64,000 nucleotides of DNA from Eledone cirrhosa (Eukaryota). Each line of letters opens with the position of its first letter. The first letter of the stretch is position 1. The position numbers and the translations under genes are program-made. Where the stretch lies: positions 181,536,001-181,600,000 of the forward strand of contig OZ024741.1 of the NCBI GenBank assembly GCA_964016885.1, in the 5' to 3' direction. Shown here in pieces: positions 51,941 to 64,000 of this stretch. The notes under the pieces were generated by a model. The model saw only the letters and a list, made by a program, of their open reading frames with translations, was not told the DNA's origin and did no database searches.

Positions 51941-54900
51941 GGCGACCTACGTAGGAAATCGTATTATCGTGAGCTCCGCAAAGGTTTGTTGTTTTCAGTT
52001 GTTTCAAATTGCCATTTATGGAAAATTTTTGTTGTTAAGTGTTTATAAGTTCACATATATTGCTTTCGGAAAAGGACACTCAAAAAGATTGGGGCCTTGA
52101 TGCCAAAATTTTTACTTTTATAATTATTAAACAAACAATTTCTTTGAAAAAATCATGGACGACTCACAGCTACTCCAAGCTGACAGCTTCTTCACAAACT
52201 AACACCTCACACCAACACCCTCCATTGTAAATATTACTACGTTTGCCAACACTAAAAATATAAGCAGTAGCAATAATTTAAATTTGTCTCATGCAGACAT
52301 TCATTTCCTGCCATTACCAAAAACTGCAGGTGTTAAAGCCGCCAACTCCTCCTCCACCACCACAGCGACAACAGAAACAAAAGAAAAAACTAAATTATTA
52401 TCTCGTGACATCGAAATGGATTCACCTAGAATCGACTCTTCCACCACCATAACTGAAACTAAAAATAACAATAACAAAAATAACAATAACAACAACAGCA
52501 ACAACAACAATGAGAATAACAACAAAAACATCAACACCACCGCAAATGTGTCGTTTGCCAAAGCAGCCAAGAAATGCGAAACAATCGAGGTAACTCAGGA
52601 GGAATTAAATGAAGCCAAGAGAATGGTAAAGAAAGATGGGTACAGGGTCGCCCCCCCCCACCTAATAAAATGGAGCATCGGCACCTATGCACCGTGTCTT
52701 ATCGGACGATTAACACAAAATCGCGCCGAGTGGAACGGGCATCTGAGTCCCAAATACAAAAAGCTTTGGGACATGTGTGGGCGAAAAAACCCCACATCAG
52801 ACGTGGGCAGAAATATGGAACCGTGGACGTGTTCTTTGGAACACTACAGGAGGCCAGAGAGCACTCCATGGCCCCATTAAGAAGCGATGACTTTTCACCC
52901 GTCCCAAGCTATTGTGGCCAGAGACTCGTGAAGATCAGGGTGACTCACATTCCACCGACCATCGAAATTCCCTCGCTTATGGCTGTTGTCCTCGCCAGCA
53001 TCGAGGCCAACACCAAAATAATTGAAATATCAAAAGAAAAGTAGGAGAACTGGTCCGGATCTGGGATGGAGCTCCTGATCCAAGCGGATCAAAAAAACAT
53101 TGAGGAAATCCCAGAGGTAATAGACCTCACTGACGGCAACCACCTCACCGTAATCGTCGAGGGTAGAAGGCCTAGGTGTGTCGTTTGTGGTGAAGGAACC
53201 CACCTAAAGGCTTTCTGCCCTCGGGCTAAAAAGTTGACGCCACCTCTCTAACCCACCCCAGTGACTCAACCATCAACACCACCAACAGCAGAAATGGCAG
53301 CAACAACAGAAGCAACTGTAGCAGCAACAACCCCAGCAACAGTAGCAAAACCAACACCACCACCACCCAACGCGCCAGAACTAGCACCAGCGCCACCACC
53401 ATCCACCACGCCACAACCAAAACCAATGCCTCTGGAGGATTTTCCTCTCCCTGACCTATCGCAACTGGAGACAGATTGTTACGACGAGGAGTGGGAAACT
53501 GTATCAGGAAAAAAGAAAAAAAGAAAAAGAAGCCAAAAGAGAAAAAAATCCCCTTCCTCCCCCCTCGAAAAACAAAATACAGGGGGAAACAAATAAACTT
53601 AAACAATCAAACAAAAAAGTTAGGACAGTTATGCCACCATCCACACCAGCATCACCAACCCCATCACCACAAACACCAATACCATCACCATCATTAACCC
53701 CAGCACCACCATCACCAACACCACAAAAGTCACCAAAAAGCGAAACAGAAACAAACCCACAACAAACGCAAACAAGACAAAACAACCAAAACGATACACA
53801 CTACACAGCATTAAATTTGAACAACAACCAATTATTACAATACATCCAACACAACACCAGCATCACAGAAAAAGACTACACCACACCCCCAAAAGTTCAC
53901 ACCACCTCCACACATACAAATCACTCGCATCACACAGAAAACGTACACGACACTAAAACAAAAATTCCCCAAAGACATCGGAGACTTCCGACAAGCACCC
54001 TCCAGGAGGATTTATAAGGACATCCTTCCAGAGGAGGCTACAAGCAGTGAAAAGGATGGAGAAACCATCCTTCCTCTACGAGAAGTAAGGTAAATGGTCT
54101 TTCCCATCTTTTCCACTCCATTTCAACATGACCTCACTCAGAATAGGCAACATAAATGCGCGTGGCTTGGGGTCGTCATGGTAGCAGGGCCACCTGCTCA
54201 ACGACCTCAGGTCACTAAACATAGATGTAGTGGCCATCAGCGAGACAAGAATCTCCGAAGCACGGGCCTTCGCACCGATCTTCCGCGGCTACGATGTGTA
54301 CGCATCTCCAAGCCGTCCTGGATCGGGGGGAGGAGTTGCTGTGCTTTTTCGGAGAGGTCTGGATCTCGCCATACAGGCCATCTTCCTGGACCCAGAAGGT
54401 AAGTTGGTGGTGCTGGACAAGACCAGCGCAGACAGGCAAGCTTTCAGACTAGTGGCCGTCTATGCCCCGACAGGAGCAGGGCGGCCTGATTTCTTCCGGC
54501 GTCTGGAGACGTTTCTTGGAACGTCCCGCTCTTTAGTGTTAGTGGGCGACTGGAACGGAATCTTAGATGCACGCTGGGACTGTGTGTGATTAGCGGATGG
54601 AGGGAGGAGGATGCAAGAGCCTCACCAACCTGCTCAGGCGTTTTGAACTGTCTGACAGGTACCGATTGGATTTCCCGAATGTGCCAATGTGGACTTGGAA
54701 AAACCGTATCGGGTCATCCAGATCATATCTAGATAGAGTATTTTGTAGGGAAATAGATAAGTCACCGTAGTGGTGTCGAACGCGAAACACATCGAGGCGA
54801 TCGGCACTACACTAAGAGAATACGAAGCGGTCACAGGAGCAATGATCAACCAGGAAATGTCAGTGGACCTGCAGCTCGGCACCTGGAGAGGTCCATGCCG

Positions 54901-56358
54901 TCCAACAGCGTCGTCGGGTGCTGGACGGACGGACCACTTAAATTGATAGGGGTCTGGTTCGGTCCGGACCTCCAGACGGACACAAACTGGGACGAGGTGA
55001 CAAGCAGGGTGGCTTCTCTCACCCAGAAATGGTCGGAGAGGAAGCTATCCCTGAAAGGTCGAGCGGAGGTGGCTAACGCGTACACCGCGTCCGTCATCTA
55101 CTACCGTCTGACCGTTGTACCTTGTCATAAGCCCCGCCTGACTGCGCTGGATGGTTTGCTCTTTCGCTTTTTGTGGAAGGGACGCGCTCCGATTGTCAGG
55201 CAGCCCATCTGCTGTCAACACCCGCTACGTGGAGGGCTGGGCATGCCGTGGCTGATGATGCGCAGACACGCGCTCAGGCTACGACATCTCCACCTCTTCC
55301 TCGACGGTGATCAGGTGTGGTCGCCGTTTGCTAGCCGCGTCTTTCCCCAGCTCGTCTCCTTGACAGCTGCAGTCCTGGGTCAAGCGAAGACCGAGAAGGA
55401 GCGCTTGGAGACTGGAATGTCTTCAGGCGCTCACAGCCCTCGACCAATCGGGCAATGTGATCGGTGGAAACTCCACCTTGGCGTTCTATAGAGGATTAGT
55501 GGAGGGGAAGAGCGACGACGTACTTGGGGAAACTCTAGGCGTCGACGAAAATCAACTAGCCAATCTCTTCGGAAGAACTTTCGGGCCGGGGCCTATGGAC
55601 AACTTCCAGAAATCCCTGGCCTGGCATTGCTACCGAGGAGCTTTTCCAGTTCGGGATAAACTCTACAGGCATGGAGGTGCCGTCAGCCGGGCATGTCCGA
55701 GATGCGCGCAGGGCGACGAAACCGTCCTGCACGCACTCGTCCAGTGTCCGAGCATTGCTAACTTGTGGGTTTATGTCGAACACTTGCTGTCGCGTGTAGG
55801 ACGGATCCAGTTATCAACTGAGTCCATCGTGAGGATTGCCCCGCCCTCTTCCTTTAGCCGGGAAGGGCAGGCAATTTTTATCTGTCTGGTGGCCATGGCG
55901 AAAGAGATTTATGGTGGACACGTTTGAAAGGGCTGAAGACGAGCACTTACCTCTTCGGTGATGCCCTGATTAACTTTTTCAAATTTCATTTGAAAAGGAA
56001 AATCAGGGTAGAGAGGGAAGTGCTCTCTTCCCAGCATTTTGCTGAAAGATAGGTGATAGAGGCAAGAATGGCTCGAGTGAATGGGCCTACTCTGAGTATG
56101 TGTCTGTAAATTAAAGGTGGAAAACTGGGCGAGGACACTTGCCCTGGTGGTCAAGGTTACTGTGGATTTTTAATGGGCTTTCTCCACGAATGTCCCTCGG
56201 AAGTCTCCCCCCTATTGGGGAATTTTTCATTGTTATTTTTAACATCCTGTTTTTTGTTTTTTTTACACGCAGAAATGTACCATTTGTACCGTCCTGTATT
56301 GTCCTGTACTGTCCTTAATGTCTACTTTATGTAAACCCTTGTGGCTAATAAAGAAAGC
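51941..56358 (+). mobile_element. Tx1-like LINE copy 4, with a large internal ORF2 deletion at ~54760
   Basis: ORF1 pieces 52284-54093 with CVVCGEGTHLKAFC; ORF2 ATG at 54128. ORF2 and 3' UTR are near-identical to copy 1. Ends aataaagaaagc(ATT)n. Confidence 0.92.
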
Positions 56359-56367
56359 ATTATTATT

Positions 56368-56552
56368 AAAGGATTGGCAGTATCGGTAGAGGGTCGGACG
56401 CCATGCTTTCCAGCATAGTTACGTCCCTTTACGATCTGAGTTCAAATCCCGCCGAGGTTGACTTTGCCTTTCATCCTTACGGGATCGTTAAAATAAAGTA
56501 CCAGTAATGCACTGGTTAATTGCTGGCCTTGTGCCTAAAGTAGAAACAATTA
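56368..56552 (+). mobile_element. tRNA-derived SINE directly after the Tx1 3' end
   Basis: tggcagtatcggtagag head, gagttcaaatccc B-box, core and tail as in the other copies. Confidence 0.82.
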
Positions 56553-57001
56553 TTTCTTCACTATTAGAATAGAACAACACATCAGGCATACAAGCACCTG
56601 TAGGTAGAAACATGTAGACAGCGTCACATGTGAGACTCGAAGGCACATCTTTATACGGGTGACACAGTAAACATTTTCTGTCTCCAGAGACTTGTATGCT
56701 CGATTTGTTGGAGGAGTTTCATATTTAATAAATAATACGTGTGTTGAAGCTTCTAAGTTAATGTCAGTAAAGTACACATTCGCTCAACATTTCTATAAAT
56801 GGATCATATATATATATTTATACACCCACTCACACACATACACACGAATATATGTATATAATACAACTGGCTTTCCACAAAATACATATAGTTAGCACCC
56901 CAAACACTTAAATTGGGTTTATACTAACATATAACCTAATGTTTGTTGAGTGAGATGGTTACCAGTCGGAGTTTAGCTTAAAGCTATCTCTGTTATTGTA
57001 T

Positions 57002-57088
<87 letters not shown>

Positions 57089-57204
57089 TTACACATACAC
57101 TTTCCAAGCGATGTCAGTATGAATAGACATGTTATTTTTATCTAAAGACATTTTTCCCAATTCCAACCCGCCCGTCCCTTCAATCTATCTTATTTCTCAT
57201 TCTT

Positions 57205-57240
57205 TCTTCTGATGAAGGACTAGCGTCCGAAGCGTTAAGA
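57205..57240 (+). ncRNA. Minimal hammerhead, probably inactivated (GAAG instead of GAAA), in a Penelope pLTR remnant 57090-57325
   Basis: tctt-CTGATGA-aggac tagc gtcc-GAAG-cg-tt-aaga. Confidence 0.55.
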
Positions 57241-57320
57241 CCCGCTTCCTGCTATTTCAAGCGTTAACCTAATATATTACTTCCATATACTCTACCGATT
57301 GTGTTGTTATTTCTGTTTAC

Positions 57321-57454
<134 letters not shown>

Positions 57455-57566
57455 CATATATATATATATATATATATATACCCATACATAAAATGAGGAG
57501 CCTACAAGGAAAAAACTTGTAATATAATCTTTCAGCTCTCGTAAGTGATTATGTAACAGTATTGAA

Positions 57567-57600
<34 letters not shown>

Positions 57601-58004
57601 CTACATATTTAAATGTATATCTATTGTATGCCGCTTATGGCTTAATTGTTTTGTTTCGTCTTTTTTTTCCACGGACAGCGCTTTGTATTGTGTCAGACGC
57701 TGTGACAACGTGTGGGCCAGCATACCATCGAAAGTCCATCTAGATGACTAAAGACTGGAGTTGTGTGTCTTTCGTGTTTCTTTTTATTTTCGTATAAACA
57801 AGTGTTTTATTTTCGTTGTGCCTTGTTTTCTTTCGTTGTCTTCTCTGTATATTTTCAAAATTATATATATATATATAAATATATGATGGCTGCCCACTGG
57901 TTATCGAGTATGGCCATTGCACGATATAACATTATCAATAATTATCAATTAATGCTATCGTGCAATGCCTGTGCATAATGTTTTTATTTTAAAGTGAGAA
58001 AAGA

Positions 58005-58270
58005 CTGTGCACTTGACCAATCCCACTCTCCGAGTGACACTAGCTATAACCCGAAAAGAAGAAAAGATCAACATATGTCGGGTCACTCTTGAGTGTTACT
58101 GGTAACATGTAACCCAGTACAACCTGTCGCATGGTCAGGTTGTCGGCGACTAAACCGGCAACCCCACCAAGTTTACTTGGTGTGGAGTGTGATTTTGGAT
58201 ACCCTGCAGGACAAAAAACGAAACCTAACAAAGGCCGGACGAACTAATAAGAGTCAACGGCCATCCAAAA
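58005..58270 (+). mobile_element. Structured repeat fragment resembling an RTE-type 5' region; upstream part of the 25858/27603 family
   Basis: Hairpin acaacctg/caggttgt followed by ggcgactaaaccggcaacccc; ends aagagtcaacggccatccaaaa. Confidence 0.45.
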
Positions 58271-58445
58271 ATGTGTAAATATGTATATACACATGTACAT
58301 AAGTATGTGAATGTATATGCGCGGGGACATAGAAATAATCGGGCTGGATACCCGATCGTGTGCTTAAACCACTGGGCATTCTTCTGGGAGAAGGCAACAT
58401 AGGAAACCGGGGTAACTCCGACATAAATCCCGCGGCTCAGTAGTT

Positions 58446-60076
<1,631 letters not shown>

Positions 60077-60873
60077 CATACATACAGCGGGCCTTTGCGT
60101 GTATATGCGCGTGCGTGCCTTTTTATATCTAAATACGCGAGTAGAAAAATGAGGCATCAAAAGAGAAACACTGTGCGGGATCTACGTCCGATTGTGTTGT
60201 TCTCATAACATCATTGCCAGTACGCCTTACCTCTGGGCCATACGAGATCATTGAAACGATGGGATAAGAACCAAGCAATGCAATGTGTTCCATATTAAAA
60301 CATGTATATGACGATATCTCAACATCACTGTATTTCAGGGATTGATACCATAAAAAGAAGAGAAAACAAGATATGCATGCATAATGATAGGCTTCTTGTT
60401 TATTTATTCATTTTCTTGTTGAGATCATAAACATATATGATAAATGTGATAATTTGTTGGTCATATGATGCATCATTCTCGACAAATGATCTAGTTAATG
60501 ACAGCTTCAATTATTCCCTAACTTCAGATTTATTGAGATATAGCGATGTGAAATCTAATTGCTTTTGTTGAAGAAAACGCTGTATTGCATGTTCATGGCT
60601 TTTAAATGTTGAGCAAATTTGAATAGGTTCCCATGCCATGAGCAGATGTGTGTTCTGACGTTTCTAACAAAGAAGTTCTTCGAAGAAAGAAATTTAGAAT
60701 GTGTAGGATAACCTCTGAATTGATTTTGCTGAAGGGTATTGCTGTACACACAAACATACACACACGCACTCATACCTACACATGCTCTACACACTTTCAT
60801 ACACCCATATATGATATGATATAATATAATATAATATAATATAATATAATATAATATAATATAATATAATATA

Positions 60874-60973
<100 letters not shown>

Positions 60974-61031
60974 GAACACTGGAAGCTAATATCCGTAGTG
61001 GTAGAGCACTCAGTCCATGGGACGAGTTAGG

Positions 61032-61877
61032 TAGAAGTGGTAACACAACGGTTACTTCACCACACCGAGAACAATTGTTTTACCTTAGCGGATCCTCAGC
61101 TCGTAATAGTCATGGTTATACGGAATAGGAAGAACAACCGTATGAACGCGCAAGCGCGCAGAAACCGTCACTTCACCCGAGCAATATAAAACTGCGGTAT
61201 TTCAGCCCGAAAGCCTGAAGCTCGTCCCCTTCAACAGCAATGCAACACTCCCGCTGTAGTTTATGAAGCTGTGGTCACTTCCAACCGACCAAATCAACCA
61301 CAACAGGTCAAATCCTATGTGGGTATGGCGGAGGGCCGATTTAAGGAACGCTTCCTGAACCATCAGTCGACCTTTAGGTACCGGACAAACGATCATCCAC
61401 TAAACTCGCGAGTCACGTATGGTCCCTCAAGGACTCAAGTATAGATTACTCCAGTCAATGGAAAGCCATCACGTAGTCCAAGCCATACGCAAGGGGCAAT
61501 CCGTCTTGTGGACTATGTATTGATGAATATTCTAAGGAGATTACGCAATAGCGATTGCCTAAACTCAAGGTATGAAATCTTCACAATTGTCCACATGTCT
61601 GGAAACACCTCTTATATAACTACAAAGCTCCGGATTGAATAACAACAACATCCTAATTTTCTTATCAACTAGAACTACTTTTCAGACTTTCGCAGTTATC
61701 TCCCTTACATGTTTCGCCCGCAGTTTTGTATTGCTTGGGTGAAGTGACCGTTTCTGTGCATGCGCGTTCATACGGTTGTCCTTCCTATTCCGTATTACCA
61801 TGACTATTACGAGCTGAGGATCCGCTAAGGTGAAACAATTGTTCTCGGTATGGTGAACTGTTGTGTTACCACTTCTG
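61032..61877 (+). mobile_element. Miniature Penelope-like element: decayed GIY-YIG between ~165-bp inverted pLTR arms
   Basis: 61032-61197 is the reverse complement of 61718-61877. 61250-61530 translates (with frameshift/stop) to VVYEAVV...KSYVGMAEGRFKERFLNHQSTF...LASHVWSLKD...QWKAI...CGLCIDE. Confidence 0.85.
61810..61847 (+). ncRNA. Minimal type I hammerhead ribozyme (mirror copy on - strand at ~61066-61103)
   Basis: cgag-CTGAGGA-tcc gctaa ggt-GAAA-c aatt g-tt-ctcg. Confidence 0.65.
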
Positions 61878-62349
61878 TCTCTCTCTATATCTATGTGTGT
61901 GAGTGTGCATCTGTGTGTGTGATTGTGTGTATATCAAATTGTGCTGAAGAAATTATATAAATTCTTATTCATATACAGACAGCACAGAGCTAAACAAAGT
62001 TGTGAGAAATATATATATATAAACATTAATTTATTTATGTAAATATATAAACATGCTTTATTTACACATTTCTTCGTAGATTGAGAGAGATGAACTGCTA
62101 GACTACGGTTTAGGTTCTTGTTGCGACTATCATTATAGGCTCTATCTATATTTCAAAGATGCGTAACTAATTTGAATAATTTCAATGCTTTGTTTGATGG
62201 CTAAATTAATAATGAATTAAATTTGCCTCAGCAGCTGAATTCATATCTGTTCACAAATGATAAAGGATCTAAGCGAAGGTGCACGAAATGTGCATGCAAA
62301 AACACTTTTAAACATGCTTTATTTACGTATTTCTCAGTAAATTGACACC

Positions 62350-62647
62350 CATAGCGTGATTCATAATAAACATAGCATAATTCATAATAAAAATGTATAT
62401 AAAGACATATACGAAGTCTCGTTATGGTATGCTAAAATGTCACAACTATCTCAGTAGCAATGTAAGAACGCCAGACGTTAGTGTTTTAGAATTTTCATGG
62501 TTAGTGTCTACTGTTTTCACTTGGCTGCTGAGATAGTTATGACATAGTCATAGCTAAAGACACCCATAGCAAAACTTATATAATGTTTGTTTTACGTAAG
62601 CTCATCACATATGCCTTCATATAACGTTTATTATGAATCAGGCTATG
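62350..62647. repeat. MITE-like imperfect fold-back
   Basis: catagcgtgattcataataaac / gtttattatgaatcaggctatg, and tgtcacaactatctcagtagc / gctgctgagatagttatgaca. Confidence 0.55.
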
Positions 62648-62656
62648 TTAGCGCTA

Positions 62657-62712
<56 letters not shown>

Positions 62713-62720
<8 letters not shown>

Positions 62721-63178
62721 GAATTAGGATTTAGCTTCGGGTATAGCTGTATACAGATATGTATTGGAATTTTGTATTTCTAAAGAAATACAGCAGAAAG
62801 AAGGGGGACAATCGTTGATGCATTTCGAACTTAACTGGTTCTCATCAGGACGGTCCCTTCCACTCATGCAACCCGCTGGACTTGAAAACAGCCGAGGATA
62901 TATAGTTTTGAGGTGATTAATCTCATTTGCATATGAAGTTGTATAAGTTGGCTCAACTTATAATAGAATAGAATTAGGATTTAGCTTTGGCCATAGATAT
63001 GTATTGAAATTTCGTATTTCTAAAGAAATACGGTATGCTTACAGATAAACATTTAGAAAGCCGTAGCTATGCAAAAACACCGGTGTCTATCGAACTCTGG
63101 TGGTGTCCCGCAGAAGCAAGGGGGAAAAATCATAGATGCATTTTGAACTGAACTGGTCCTCATCTAGACGAGCCTGGC
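62713..63178 (-). mobile_element. Direct-repeat element with two hammerhead-like cores, between (TA)n tracts
   Basis: atagaattaggatttagctt...tttctaaagaaatac occurs twice. Minus strand 62813-62852 reads CTGATGA-gaac cagttaa gttc-GAAA-tgca-tc; a decayed second core lies at ~63130-63170. Confidence 0.6.
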
Positions 63179-64000
63179 GATATATATATAAAAGCATATA
63201 TGCAGATTCGTTAGAGCATTGGATTATTTCCCTCCGCATTTGTTCCGACGCTCGGAAAATTTAATCAAAATCTCGCTGCGATCGACTTTGTTCTTCAGTA
63301 TTTTGAGGTCGATGAATAAAGTAGTAGTATAAAGGCAGTGGAAGTGTTAAGAACTCGGAAGGGACACTGTGGAGTTTCCATTATGGTTCTGTAGGTTCTG
63401 AGTTCAAATCCTGCCTCCTGAACAGGAAAATCGGTGATGCTCTTGCTAGTTGTTTCCACCGTCAGAGAGTATCAGCAATTAAAAATATTAATGGAAATAT
63501 TACTTCGATAGTCTGATCTGAAAGTCACCTTCTTTTTTGTTTCTAGCAAAGTATCTCTGGCAGAACAACGATTTCTTGAATGTTGTTTTTCTTGGTAGTA
63601 AGGAATTTTTGGGAGAGCTGGACAGCAGGTGTTCATAGAAGAAACCCCACCCAGTCTTTCAAGTGTTTTGGTCTCTAACAACATACACTCTAAGGGGACC
63701 GGGCTACATCTAGGTCAGAATTCTAGGGTGCCCTTCTGCTGACACCAGGATATCGGAGTTTTGTGTAGGGCACTAATCATGGGTGTGATGAGAATCAACA
63801 CCTAATTACATCCCATTGATTTCCACAACAAAGTCAAGAAGCTCAATACAAGCTCATAAAAGAGAGCAATATCCAGATTTGCGATAGTGTTAATGATTGG
63901 AATGTGGAGGTGAATTTAGAGAAAGTGGTCGTATTACCGTCACACATTTATAATAAAATAATGCATCTACCTTATAATGACTTGACAAAACATTTCACGA

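Overview
Gene-free, repeat-dense eukaryotic DNA. The SINEs, Helitrons and microsatellite load look cephalopod/Octopus-like; that taxon call is from recall, not a search. Two retrotransposon clusters (1-20.4 kb and 39.4-56.6 kb) sit in (TAA/TTA)n microsatellites. In them, Tx1-like APE-RT LINEs lie on the + strand and R4/Dong-like RT-RLE LINEs on the - strand, alternating tail-to-tail, with SINEs in the same niche. The (TA)n-rich regions (21-39 kb, 56.6-64 kb) instead hold Penelope-like GIY-YIG remnants with fold-back inverted repeats and minimal hammerhead ribozymes, two non-autonomous Helitrons and other repeats. The top candidate novelty: every Tx1 copy carries a 5' splice-donor motif (G|GTAAGT; G|GTAAAT in one) at the end of ORF1. 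The copy at 3856-9130 appears to be a chimera whose ORF1 is joined exactly at that donor position to an AG in another subfamily's ORF1 tail, suggesting splicing-mediated ORF1 swapping between LINE subfamilies. No host gene, RNA gene or CRISPR array is supportable. All coordinates were read by eye and may be off by a few bases.
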